This document shows positions 9,406-18,872 of a DNA stretch of 39,670 bases, one piece after another. Positions within the stretch are counted from its first letter, which is position 1, and each line of letters begins with the position of its first letter. Source of the DNA: Candidatus Kuenenia stuttgartensis (GTDB lineage Bacteria > Planctomycetota > Planctomycetia > Isosphaerales > Isosphaeraceae); the NCBI GenBank assembly GCA_945874095.1, contig CAMCFM010000001.1, positions 1-39,670 on the forward strand, in the 5' to 3' direction. A program made the translations under genes and the position numbers. The notes below the pieces were generated by a model. That model ran no database searches, was not told the DNA's origin, and saw only the letters and a list, made by a program, of their open reading frames with translations.

Positions 9406-10011
9406 TTACGCAATACTCAAGACCATTTCCGTTGGCCATTCATTTTGAATCATCCACCGGGTAGCATAGTTATTTAATTCCGTACCGTTTTTTAATTCGA
9501 GTTTCTCCCGAATTCTGTTGCGGTAGGTCTCAACGGTTTTGATACTCAGATGCAAATGTTCGGCAATTTGTGAAGTGGTATTACCCTCACCAATTTTCCG
9601 AAAAACCTGAAGTTCCCGATTTGCCAGTAGCTCTACCGGAGTATTTGTAGAATTCCGGTTGGGGCTCACCGTGCGCTGGAGAATCTTCTGCGAAATGGTC
9701 TCGATTAAATAAATATTCTCTTCCAAAACCCGACGAATTGCGACGATAATTTTATCGGTGGCCTGATCCTTACTGATAAACCCATGTGCGCCGGCTTTCA
9801 AAGCGCGTTCTGCATAGAGAGACTCATTGTGTGTGGACCAGACCAGCATTGGAATATGATCATCACGATCCCTGATACGCTTGACCAGATCAATCCCTCA
9901 GCCATTTTTGAGTGAGATATCCACAATAGCCATGTCGGGCTTGGTATTTTCCACCAATCGCAAAGCTTCGATCGTATCCTCTGCCTCGCCAGACACGACT
10001 AAGGAACAGGC
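9406..10011 (-). pseudogene. NarL/FixJ (LuxR-type HTH) response regulator, disrupted by an in-frame TGA and loss of the N-terminus
   Basis: ORF 9406..9849 encodes the end of a receiver domain plus a LuxR HTH (LANRELQVFRKIGEGNTTSQIAEHLHLSIKTVETYRNRIREKLEL). Read in the same frame upstream, it gives ACSLVVSGEAEDTIEALRLVENTKPDMAIVDISLKNG*GIDLVKRIRDRDDHIPMLVWS. The stop is a TGA at 9898-9900. The first ~25-30 aa of the receiver, including the acidic pocket, are replaced by the 10041-10248 repeats. Confidence 0.7.
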
Positions 10012-10040
10012 AAGAAATAACTTCCGGTTTTTGGGTGATT

Positions 10041-10248
10041 GGGCTCCAGCGGAGACATCTATTCATAGGTATGTCCGAAGGACATCAACAGCCCCAGCCT
10101 ACCGCCCTCCTTCGTCTGGGCTCCAGCGGAGACATCTACTAATAGGCATGTCCGAAGGACATCCATAGACCTGAGAAGTGTTATCTTTGGACTCCAGCGG
10201 AAACAGCTATTAATAGCTATGTCCGAAGGACATCAACAGCCCCAGCCT
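10041..10248. repeat. Three tandem copies of a 46-60-nt structured repeat
   Basis: Copies start at 10041, 10118 and 10189 (periods 77 and 71 nt). The core is GGGCTCCAGCGGAGACATCTATTCATAGGTATGTCCGAAGGACATC. Copies 1 and 3 continue with AACAGCCCCAGCCT. Each copy holds a 26-nt imperfect hairpin and an overlapping ATGTCC-GAA-GGACAT hairpin. Confidence 0.75.
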
Positions 10249-10450
10249 GACTGGACTTCCCCACGAAAAGTAGACACTGAAACAACAGATCTTACTGGTC
10301 TATATGTGCACTATTCTTGACCGATGTGCAACTCAACTTGCCTGGCCTTTTCAGAAATTGGCTCGTTACGTCGCATGGGTTGGTCGCCATACGCTCCACT
10401 GGCGCTGCGCCGGGGTGAGCGACCAACCCATACTCCTCCACTCCCCAATT

Positions 10451-11173
10451 TTATTCCGCATCGCTGATTTCCCACAAACGTTGCTTTTCGTATTCGATCG
10501 GGCTGAAATAGCCAAGTGAAGAATGCAACCGAGTTCGGTTGTAAAACCGCTCAATATAATCTGCGACCGCACGAGTCGCTTGCTCATGTGTCTGGTACTT
10601 TTGCCGATACACCTCCTCCACCTTGAAGCTTTTGTAAAAGCTCTCCATCGGAGCATTGTCGTAAAGATTGCCATGACGACTCATGGTTTGCACAAGTCCA
10701 TATTTCGACAGACATTGCTCAAATGCAAGACTGGCGTACTGACTGCCTCGATCACTATGGATCATAAGCCCTTTAAGTGTTGACCGTAGGTAAAACCCTC
10801 CTCTGTTGGGATATAAGTGAAGTCTGTCAGCCAGATCTGATTCGGCTTTTGGGCGACAAATTGCTGATCAAGACGATTCGGAGCCACAGGAAAATCATGA
10901 TTGGAGTCGGTCGTCAGGACATTGAATTTCTTGCTGATTCGGGCTTTGATTCCCTGGCGATGCATGAGTTTTGCAACGGAGTTTTCACAGCAGTGATAGC
11001 CTTTTTTTCAGCAATAATCGGTGCATTCGCGGGCTGCCGCAATCGTCCAGTCTATGCGTGGCGTGCACCCGCTTGATTTGCTCAACAAGCTGCTCTTGTT
11101 TCTGAGCCATTTGCGACGGTTCTCGCTTGAGCCACTTGTAGTGAGGCTGCGGTTTGTCGTTCAGAGACCCAAA
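10451..11173 (-). pseudogene. IS3-family transposase (OrfB/rve integrase core), frameshifted and internally deleted
   Basis: ORF 10451..10765 reads MIHSDRGSQYASLAFEQCL...YDNAPMESFYKSFKVEEVY...RTRLHSSLGYFSPIEYE. ORF 10762..10965 reads MHRQGIKAR...IWLTDFTYIPTEEGFTY. Upstream, LNDKPQPHYKWLKREPSQMAQKQEQLVEQIKRVHATHRLDDCGSPRMHRLLLKK is joined through a frameshift at an A7 run (10995-11001 on +). About 60 aa are missing between TEEGFTY and HSDRGSQY. No orfA is present. Confidence 0.75.
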
Positions 11174-14100
11174 TCAGCCCATGCGGGATCTCGCAACAAG
11201 AAGTGTCGAAACCGCTGTCAATCCGAACAGGGAAACGAATAGTAATACGAATGGGAGATTCGAATTCGCAGTCTCAGGTTTATTGCGATCCTTTGACTTT
11301 TTGGCTATCGGATTGGATGATGCCCCCTTCTCCTTTGGATCGGTGGAGTCATTGGCCTGTTTCTCCAAAGCAATACTTTTCCTGACATCCTGATTCGATT
11401 CGGCGGACTGTCGAACGCCTTCGATTGCAGAGACATAAGTGCTTCTGTCTAAATCGGAGAGATTCTCGCCAATATACTCCTGGAGTTTTGCATTATTGCA
11501 AACGAATCCACTACAGGCCGGGTTGAATTCGCGTATCATTTCGAAGTGAGTTGTGGTCAATAAGGCGATTTGCTCAGGAGTCGCCTGCCACAGTCCTTTT
11601 CTCGCAGTCTCCAGCATCACGGCAGTGACTTCCTGCATTGCGAACGGATTCTTGTTACGGAAGTAATCCTTCATTCCCATCTGATATTTGTCCTTGACAT
11701 AGACCTCGTGAAGCTCGTTCCAAAGCTCGTCGTCAATTGCATCAGGCCTCATGGCATTCCATCCATAGGTGTTTCGAACGCTTTCGGCAAAGACTTCAGC
11801 CGCTGATGCCCCTTCCTGCTGAAGCTCCTGGATATATTTTGGGTTGAGTAACGTGGATCGTGCTTCCTGCCAGATTGCTTCTTCGGCATTCTGGACTTTT
11901 GATTGATATTTGTTACGCATATCGACGAAGTATGCAGACGGGTCTTTTCCCGTTGCATCCGCAATTGCATTTGAAAATCCTCCCATAAACTCATAAACAT
12001 GGTCTAGCTTGAGTGGACCGGTCACATTTGAAGTCCGCGAATGCACCAGTGTATCTGTATTCTGTACCGCTGCGTTAAACAGACCAGGCACGAATTCTCC
12101 CCAGTGATCTTCTGTGTAGATCGCTCCCATGTTGTTTTGGTATGTTTCGGCGATCTCTTTGCGATTCTCCCAACGGTCGCCTGCTTCCACCAAGCCCATA
12201 ATTCCGGTTCCGTAATTCCCGTTCACTCCACCGAAAATTCGAGCAGTCGAGAATTTTCTCGCCTCGGCTGGGGAAAGCCCCAATTGCTTTAGCTTTGACT
12301 CGGCAGCGATTGTACCTTCACGCACGTGGTTGGCGAATTTCTCGGAATCGGCAGCTTGTCCGGCAAGCTTTACTGCTCTGTCGATCAGGCTCATTCGAGT
12401 GGCGGCAATGTCGCGAAACTGACCAGCAGTTTGAACAACCACATCAATTCGTGGCCTTCCAAGCTCTTCCACGGGTACTAATCGCACGTCGTGAACCACT
12501 CCGCGTGCATCGCGCACCGGCTCCACACCCAGAAAATGAAAGATCATTGCAAGGTCAACACCCTGACTATTGATAAACTCACCCGGCCAAAGCGTGACGG
12601 CCACCTTCACCGGCTCTTTGCCTGTTTCCTGACGCTTCGATTCAATCGTCTTATCAGCCAGTTTCTTGCCTAAGATCCACGCTTCCGGCGATGGGGTTTT
12701 CTCGGCGTCAATCGGATAAAGGTTACGGCCTGTTGGAACCGATTCCGGGTTCGTTACAGCATCTCCACCCGATGATGGAGAAATGTAGCGCCCGTTAAGC
12801 CCTGCCAGAATCGCCTGGATTTCTGAGTCTGTACTCATTTTAATCCGATCCTGATAGTCTGTAACCGACTGATAAGCATTTGTGAGAGAACGGAGTTGAT
12901 TGACCACTTGCCGTTCCTCCTCATTACGCCTGAGTTTTTCACGACTCAGCATGCCCATGGCTTGTGTCATTTGACTATCAGCGGATTCCTGGACGAGTAA
13001 ATTGCGGAATTTGGCAACGGATTCTGAATGCGAAAGACGATCGGCAAGAGCGGTGTTTTCGCTGGCAAATTTCAACCTCTCTCCAAGCTGATCCAACTGG
13101 TCAGTCTTGAGGGTTTTTAAAAATGAAACGAGGTCTTCATGTGAGAGTGCTGTTAGAATATCCGATTGAAACTCAGGTTTGCTCAGTTCAGCAGCGAATT
13201 TCAATCTTCGTGCCTCAGCTTTTTCGCGAATCTGAGACTGCATCGAGGTATCTGTTAACCAGGAAAGCACTTTATTCCGATTCTCCGCTGATCTCATCGC
13301 ATTAATCAGCTCAGTCATCCCCGGTTTTTGCATCCGATCAAGCGCTTCACGCATGGCTGGCACAAATGTGGCAATACGGCGTGCTTTGCGAAGGGATTCC
13401 GGATCAAGTGATTGAAGAATTCGTTCGTAGTTGGCATCAGTACGCAGAGTTTCGAGAAACTTGAGATTTTCTTGATCATCTGCCACATTCAGAAATTGAA
13501 TTTCAAGCGTAGCGATACTTTGGCCAGGTCTCTGCTTTGTTTCTCCCGAACCACCACCTTTCGGACTTCGACTTTTGGGGTCACCCCCGTTGCCGTTCCG
13601 CTCACCCATTTGAACAAATCTGGCGAACAGGGCATCGTCGCTCATGGTCGGATGGACACGATCCCAATCAGCAATTCTTTTTGTGTCTGCAGGATCCACA
13701 AAGTCGCCCGATTTGGCCGTTCCGGCCAAAATCTTGATGATTGACTCTCGAGCCGGCTGGCGAAAAGCCTTCTCGAAGGCGGAACTGTCGTCAAGTATCT
13801 TATTCGACACTTTTCCTGCAATAATTTTCTTCTGAGCCTCTCCGACGGCTACAGCATCCTGCGACATGAGCCTGGCTGTTTCCTCTGATTCCTCCTTCAA
13901 GTAAGGTCGCCCCAATACATAGAGGCCGCGTGTGATTTTCTCGTCTGCCACGGCATGAAGATAGTCGTGAACCTGTTCAATCTGATCGTCAGTCAGTGGG
14001 TTTGACCCTTCGATTGCGAGCTTAAGGTCTTTTTGCAGATTCAGCTCCGTCACAAGTTTTCTGATTGATATCTCGAGCTCAATTCGAAGCGCTTCGTCCG

Positions 14101-16042
14101 TTGTCGCATCATATCGGCCAATTGTGTCCTGCAAGTTCTTGAGAGGCCCATATAACCCGGATTCAGTCATGGGCGGTGTCAAGTGCGAAACAATGGTCGC
14201 ATAACTGCGGCGCTTTGCGATTACGGCTTCGCCAATGTTATTAATGACATAGACGTAAAGGTGGGGCAGATCCCCTATCAAGGCATCCGGCCAGTCCAAA
14301 TCCGAAAGTGCGTTCTGCTTCCATGGAGTGAACTCCAGACTCCCGTGCGTACCGAAATGCAAAATGGTATCCGCCTGAAAACCATGTCTGGCCCATAAGT
14401 AGGTCGTGATGTAACTGTATGGCGGAGCCTGTTTGGCACCATGAACAAGCCGCTCAGTATCGTCGCCTATGGCTGGCAGGGTTTGAGGTAGAACGGCCAC
14501 ATTGCCGAATTGCAATCGTGGCAATGCAATACACTTCTTCCCATTGTGATCAACGCCAAGATACTCACCTGGAGGTGGACCATATTGTTTCACGACCTCA
14601 GCATACATCGTCGGATCAAGCTGTTTTTTGGCCCATGCTTCGATCTTCCCGACATCTACAAATTCAGGATCGCCCGATTTTACAAATTCGTCTATTTCCC
14701 CCTTGGCATAAGGGCCTAATACAGGGCCCCGCTTACGAATGGTTTCTTCCATGGCTTTGGCATCAGGAGGCAGTTCTCCCGTTTCGTAACCAGCCGCTTT
14801 CAGCGATTTCAAGAGGTTCAGCAACGATGCCCCAACTTCCATCCCACTGGCGACCATTGCGTTCTGGCCAGGCCCCTTGAAATAAACCACAGCGATTTTC
14901 TTTGTCGAATTCGGTTTGGCTCGAAGGTTCAACCAGTGCTGCACGCGAGAGACCAGCTTGTCCATACGTTCAGGCAACGCCTTGGGTACGTTCAACCCTC
15001 GATCATTCGGGAACTGGGCGCTGATCGCAAATGGCTCGATACCACCATCGAGTTCTGGCATCAGGATGTTCTGGGTCATCATCCCGCCTTGCATTCCTTT
15101 TTGCGAGGAAACCCACTTGTCATAGTTTTCAAACACATCGATTGGGCAAATCACCGGTATGCCATTTTCCTGAAGCCACTTTACACATTCGTCTGCTCGC
15201 CCAGCAGCTAAACGCCCGTGCGGAATATAGATGACCAAATCAGGTTTAACGGCTTTCAGATGGTCCAGTCGCTTCATAAAACCTGCAACAGGGTATACGT
15301 TAACGCCCTGTTCCTCGAGTCGATTGACAAGTTCGTCCACATACGACCTGTTTGCCGATCTCGGCCCAAAAATTGATGTCACCAGTGCCACACGATGTTT
15401 ATCAGGCTTGGAGAGCCCTTTCTGATCGCGAAATTTTTCGTAACTGGCCAAATCGGAAAAATAAGCTTCGTCCCCCACATGGAAAAACGCATCCGCAGGA
15501 ATAATGACAGGCGTTTCCGGTTCGTTGGAAAACAGCGTTTTTCCGTCGATCATTCGACGTGTGAATTCCATTAAAGCATGTAAATTCCTCCGCCCACCGT
15601 TCTCAAAATATGCAGCGACTTTTTCCAGCATATCCGACTTCATGTTAGTCACGTCCATAGATGGATTCGTGGCACCAACAACATAAACCAGTAGCCCTCG
15701 TGACGTGGCTTTTCTGACAATCTCGCTTTGCGTTTCTGTGAAATTAACACCACGCCCAAATACGTACATTGCGTGATATTTATTCAAGCTTGCTTTATCC
15801 AGGTCGCCCACATCAAGTTTTGCCAATTGCACCCATGGGTTCGTATTGGCTTCAACCATTTCGTTATACTGAAAGTCTCGAAAATTGACTACCGCGATAC
15901 GAGTTGGAGCGATGTAATGCTCCCATAACCAGGCGAATGATGCTATCGCCAGGCCCAGAATCGCTACGGCGACGATTCGATTTCGGGTAAAACGCTTGCG
16001 TGGTTCCAGGACGGGTTCGGATGATCGTGATGTCTGTTGCAT
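11174..16042 (-). CDS. CobN/Mg-chelatase-family protein (CobN-like, HmuS/BtuS-type context), membrane-anchored at both ends
   Basis: I trimmed ORF 11174..16249 to ATG 16042 (MQQTSRSS...). The longer form would overlap the upstream gene by 128 nt. CobN-family motifs are LHFGTHGSLEFTPWK, DLPHLYVYVINNIGEAVIAKRRSYATIVSHLTPP and SVPTGRNLYPID. The N-terminal TM is IVAVAILGLAIASFAWLW and the C-terminal TM is LPFVLLFVSLFGLTAVSTLLVA. Confidence 0.8.
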   Translation of the reverse strand: MQQTSRSSEPVLEPRKRFTRNRIVAVAILGLAIASFAWLWEHYIAPTRIAVVNFRDFQYNEMVEANTNPWVQLAKLDVGDLDKASLNKYHAMYVFGRGVNFTETQSEIVRKATSRGLLVYVVGATNPSMDVTNMKSDMLEKVAAYFENGGRRNLHALMEFTRRMIDGKTLFSNEPETPVIIPADAFFHVGDEAYFSDLASYEKFRDQKGLSKPDKHRVALVTSIFGPRSANRSYVDELVNRLEEQGVNVYPVAGFMKRLDHLKAVKPDLVIYIPHGRLAAGRADECVKWLQENGIPVICPIDVFENYDKWVSSQKGMQGGMMTQNILMPELDGGIEPFAISAQFPNDRGLNVPKALPERMDKLVSRVQHWLNLRAKPNSTKKIAVVYFKGPGQNAMVASGMEVGASLLNLLKSLKAAGYETGELPPDAKAMEETIRKRGPVLGPYAKGEIDEFVKSGDPEFVDVGKIEAWAKKQLDPTMYAEVVKQYGPPPGEYLGVDHNGKKCIALPRLQFGNVAVLPQTLPAIGDDTERLVHGAKQAPPYSYITTYLWARHGFQADTILHFGTHGSLEFTPWKQNALSDLDWPDALIGDLPHLYVYVINNIGEAVIAKRRSYATIVSHLTPPMTESGLYGPLKNLQDTIGRYDATTDEALRIELEISIRKLVTELNLQKDLKLAIEGSNPLTDDQIEQVHDYLHAVADEKITRGLYVLGRPYLKEESEETARLMSQDAVAVGEAQKKIIAGKVSNKILDDSSAFEKAFRQPARESIIKILAGTAKSGDFVDPADTKRIADWDRVHPTMSDDALFARFVQMGERNGNGGDPKSRSPKGGGSGETKQRPGQSIATLEIQFLNVADDQENLKFLETLRTDANYERILQSLDPESLRKARRIATFVPAMREALDRMQKPGMTELINAMRSAENRNKVLSWLTDTSMQSQIREKAEARRLKFAAELSKPEFQSDILTALSHEDLVSFLKTLKTDQLDQLGERLKFASENTALADRLSHSESVAKFRNLLVQESADSQMTQAMGMLSREKLRRNEEERQVVNQLRSLTNAYQSVTDYQDRIKMSTDSEIQAILAGLNGRYISPSSGGDAVTNPESVPTGRNLYPIDAEKTPSPEAWILGKKLADKTIESKRQETGKEPVKVAVTLWPGEFINSQGVDLAMIFHFLGVEPVRDARGVVHDVRLVPVEELGRPRIDVVVQTAGQFRDIAATRMSLIDRAVKLAGQAADSEKFANHVREGTIAAESKLKQLGLSPAEARKFSTARIFGGVNGNYGTGIMGLVEAGDRWENRKEIAETYQNNMGAIYTEDHWGEFVPGLFNAAVQNTDTLVHSRTSNVTGPLKLDHVYEFMGGFSNAIADATGKDPSAYFVDMRNKYQSKVQNAEEAIWQEARSTLLNPKYIQELQQEGASAAEVFAESVRNTYGWNAMRPDAIDDELWNELHEVYVKDKYQMGMKDYFRNKNPFAMQEVTAVMLETARKGLWQATPEQIALLTTTHFEMIREFNPACSGFVCNNAKLQEYIGENLSDLDRSTYVSAIEGVRQSAESNQDVRKSIALEKQANDSTDPKEKGASSNPIAKKSKDRNKPETANSNLPFVLLFVSLFGLTAVSTLLVARSRMG

Positions 16043-16121
16043 TTTATCTATCTCCGGTTCTGTCCTGCATCCTGATGCAGGACTTTGTGGTGTCAATTGA
16101 GTCAATCGATGAGTGTACGAG

Positions 16122-16463
16122 TTATTCGGGAACGTAAATGATCTGGCCGTTTTCAAGCTCGAAGGCTGTACCGACACGACGGCCTTTGCCTGAGCCTTGT
16201 GTTTTTTCCGAAGCCTTGTAACGGGAAATCTCCTGGCCTTTCTTGACAATTATTTCCATATCAGACTTGCCAGGATTCTTTACCATGGTGACTTCATCCT
16301 GAGTCAGTAGATCTCCAACTTTCAGGCGAGCAACCAAGGCGACCATCAAAGCCAGAGCAAAGACCATCGCCACATCGAAAAGGTTCGCCATCCCCGATAA
16401 AGGATCGTCGTCGCTATCGTCCAAAGTAGAAGTCGAGTCCATCCGACGAAGTTTATTTTCCAT
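16122..16463 (-). CDS. Small single-pass membrane protein (DUF2149-like / ExbD-position partner)
   Basis: GGAGGA lies 7 nt upstream of ATG 16463. The protein has an acidic N-terminus (LDDSDDDPLSGMANLFDV) and then the TM helix AMVFALALMVALV. It overlaps the ExbB-like gene by 11 nt. The family assignment is from memory of the DUF2149 pattern and is not verified. Confidence 0.5.
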   Translation of the reverse strand: MENKLRRMDSTSTLDDSDDDPLSGMANLFDVAMVFALALMVALVARLKVGDLLTQDEVTMVKNPGKSDMEIIVKKGQEISRYKASEKTQGSGKGRRVGTAFELENGQIIYVPE

Positions 16464-17076
16464 GGTGATTCCTCCCCTGCTGGTCTGCCATCCCCAAATT
16501 TAGCAGCCACTCAGTCACTCGCAGATCTTCCAAAGCCCATCGCTGACGAGCCTGGCGACACAAGAAGCCAATCCCTCCAATAAATACTCCGACAACAGTT
16601 GTGGAAAATGCAACTTGAAGATTCGTGGCCATCGTGTCCAGATCTCCTGAGGCCAAACCTTTTAATGCTGGCCCCATGGGGATCAGAGTGCCCATCAGAC
16701 CAAGCATCGGACCCAGGCGAGTGAGTGTCGTTGAAGTTTCCAATGACTTGCGTCCTTGGATTTCAAGATCATCAAGCAGTTTTCGCAGGTGGACCTCGCG
16801 CCACTGAGAATCATTGGCCCGGTTCCATGCCAGAGTCGTTCGTGGACGCCCCTTCGGCAGGCTAGCACCAGTACCGCAAAAGTCTTCAGGCTGGCCCAAC
16901 ATCAACGAATCCTCAAATCGTTTCCATTGACGATGTGTCCGTAGTCGCCTCAACCACTCCGCATGACAATCACCGGCATGAAGCAAAGCCCAAACCAGCA
17001 GCAGGATTTCGCCCGCAATCACGGGTCCTAGTAGCGTATCTGAAAATAGATTCAGCAGACTGTTGAAACTGTTCAA
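16453..17076 (-). CDS. MotA/TolQ/ExbB-family proton-channel protein
   Basis: The C-terminal half LTRLGPMLGLMGTLIPMGPALKGL...NLQVAFSTTVVGVFIGGIGFL matches the ExbB/TolQ signature (GLxGT..G; TT..G). It uses a TTG start that overlaps the upstream stop (TTGA). Confidence 0.7.
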   Translation of the reverse strand: MNSFNSLLNLFSDTLLGPVIAGEILLLVWALLHAGDCHAEWLRRLRTHRQWKRFEDSLMLGQPEDFCGTGASLPKGRPRTTLAWNRANDSQWREVHLRKLLDDLEIQGRKSLETSTTLTRLGPMLGLMGTLIPMGPALKGLASGDLDTMATNLQVAFSTTVVGVFIGGIGFLCRQARQRWALEDLRVTEWLLNLGMADQQGRNHHGK

Positions 17077-17807
17077 GCAAGTCCCCTTTCTTGAAATCGA
17101 TGAATCAGGGTCCGGCCCAGAAAACCCATGAATGGAAGCCCGAGTACGAGAAACCAGATCCAGGCCGGGCCTGATTTAAGGTCGATCACGACACCTGATG
17201 TTCCGAATCCTGATTTTTCACGATTCAGAAGCACAAATGCCACCGCAGACCATGGCAGAAACAGTAGATTTGACATTGCTGCAAGTTCCGTGCGATGCGG
17301 CTTCAATACTGGAATGCCTCGTATGATCAACGAAGAAAACCACATTCCCAGAGCGATCAAAACGCCTGTGATTATTGCAGCCAATTCGAAATCAATCGCA
17401 TTCCATCTCGAAAACACATCGTGCTCGACAAGCAGCAAGGTTGGCACGCAACACAACGCCGGCAAAGTCAGTAGCAAGTCCGCAAGAATACGAATCTTAT
17501 ACCCGGCATCATCTTTCATCGACTTCCAGAGAACGACCGGAACTACAATCGACTCGATGGTGAGTAAAGCCAGTATGGATGTCCTATTGATATCGTCGTT
17601 CAGATAAGACCTTATTCGAAGCTCTGAAACGTCAGCAATCCTGTCTGCCGCATACCAAGCGATGAATATTGTGAACAATGCGATTGCAAAAGTGGCTTTG
17701 CGATAACCCGATGCTGCCCATTTCATGGCTGTGATCAGACATGATAGCGAAAGCCACAGTAAAACAGCCGACTTCAATGGAGGCCTCCCAGATTCTTTTA
17801 TGGACAT
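17073..17807 (-). CDS. Multi-pass integral membrane protein, function unknown
   Basis: The 244-aa ORF has about 6-7 hydrophobic segments. It starts 40 nt after the DUF1559 stop and overlaps the ExbB-like gene by 4 nt. I recognise no motif. Confidence 0.55.
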   Translation of the reverse strand: MSIKESGRPPLKSAVLLWLSLSCLITAMKWAASGYRKATFAIALFTIFIAWYAADRIADVSELRIRSYLNDDINRTSILALLTIESIVVPVVLWKSMKDDAGYKIRILADLLLTLPALCCVPTLLLVEHDVFSRWNAIDFELAAIITGVLIALGMWFSSLIIRGIPVLKPHRTELAAMSNLLFLPWSAVAFVLLNREKSGFGTSGVVIDLKSGPAWIWFLVLGLPFMGFLGRTLIHRFQERGLA

Positions 17808-17846
17808 CCGTCTGTTGTAATCGCACGTTCACTCTTAATTGAAGGA

Positions 17847-18872
17847 TCAATAGGTGTCTGCCGAGATGACCTCGCCACCATTACGTGAAGCTAATGATCG
17901 CCAGGTTTCGACTGGGATCGAATCTTTCACGAACCGAACCGAACCATCTGACATTAACGTAATCACACCTCCTGGATGAAAACTCCTCGCTGCATGCCAG
18001 CCTCGTCCGTGTGCATTAAGATCAGGTATCTTTGAATTTGGTGGCAGATATGCGCTGTATCCTGTACTAGTGAGCCGTCCCACCAGCCAAGAATAACCGC
18101 GATCCCCCCTCCAGCTATTAATATTGCCAGTCAAAGCAGCCAAGTCCGGATTTACTAATTGTTTTCCTCCAAGTGACAAACCTGGCAAGCCTGGAGAAAG
18201 TGATGTATTCGATGCATATTGCCGGTTAAAATCACTTGGTTTTGGACCACTGCTTGTCAGATTGTTACCCAGCCGAATCTGGCTTGCCATCATGGTATTT
18301 GATGTGCCATCAGAGACATTCGCAATCGTGACAGCTGAACCGTACCAAAACATTCCATCCGTTGGAATTTCAATATGATAGTTCAGCATGGTTCCGGATC
18401 CAGTACAAACTGCATAGTTTGTACCAGCAGAATCTCCACCAAGATTTGCAGTAAATCGCGGATTTCCACCATCCGATGGACAGAGAAAGCTGCCAACCAC
18501 ATAATTTGCCGCAGTGATCAGCGGAGGGTTAAATCGAATGTTTGGTCCTGAGCCGGTATAAACAGGCACATTGAAATTGACGAGATTCACAAGTGATGCC
18601 TGTTCCATATAAGGCAGGATTCGTGCAAGGGGTGAGAATGCAAATGCTGTAGAATGGCCGAATCCCGGGAAGCAACCCACAGTGTTTTCGTAATTGTGCA
18701 TCGCAAGTCCAATCTGCTTGAGATTGTTTGTACTGCTGATACGACGGGCTGCTTCTCTGGCAGACTGTACCGCCGGAAGTAGCAATGAAATCAATACCGA
18801 AATGATTGCAATCACAACCAGTAGCTCGATGAGCGTGAAACCTTTTCCAGACTGACTTCTTGTAGTTCGCAT
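17847..18872 (-). CDS. DUF1559 protein with prepilin-type N-terminal cleavage/methylation motif
   Basis: MRTTRSQSGKG|FTLIELLVVIAIISVLISLLLPAVQSAREAARR at the N-terminus. The C-terminal H-X9-DG motif is FHPGGVITLMSDGSVRFVKDSI. Confidence 0.85.
   Translation of the reverse strand: MRTTRSQSGKGFTLIELLVVIAIISVLISLLLPAVQSAREAARRISSTNNLKQIGLAMHNYENTVGCFPGFGHSTAFAFSPLARILPYMEQASLVNLVNFNVPVYTGSGPNIRFNPPLITAANYVVGSFLCPSDGGNPRFTANLGGDSAGTNYAVCTGSGTMLNYHIEIPTDGMFWYGSAVTIANVSDGTSNTMMASQIRLGNNLTSSGPKPSDFNRQYASNTSLSPGLPGLSLGGKQLVNPDLAALTGNINSWRGDRGYSWLVGRLTSTGYSAYLPPNSKIPDLNAHGRGWHAARSFHPGGVITLMSDGSVRFVKDSIPVETWRSLASRNGGEVISADTY

Noticed and set aside
9898-9900. TGA in the response regulator as selenocysteine or programmed recoding
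   Set aside because: The position is not a redox Cys/Sec site. I noticed no SECIS-like hairpin immediately downstream. The gene also lacks its N-terminus, so decay is the simpler explanation.
9881-10168. 95-aa plus-strand ORF across the response-regulator remnant and the repeat array
   Set aside because: Its 5' half is antisense to recognisable receiver-domain sequence, and its 3' half merely translates the tandem repeat (GLQRRHL..GMSEGH).
10041-10248. Possible mini CRISPR array (three repeats with 25-31-nt spacers)
   Set aside because: The repeats are 46-60 nt and imperfect (several mismatches per copy). Two of the 'spacers' begin with the same 14 nt. There are only three units, and no cas genes or leader are visible.
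16043-16249. Extended N-terminus of the CobN-like ORF (start at 16249)
   Set aside because: It would overlap the upstream small gene by 128 nt and would add a highly basic, non-conserved-looking leader. ATG 16042 is followed directly by a TM helix.
17128-17607. 159-aa plus-strand ORF antisense to the multi-pass membrane protein gene
   Set aside because: It has no start context or motifs. The minus-strand ORF fits the operon through overlaps with its neighbours and has clear hydrophobic periodicity.
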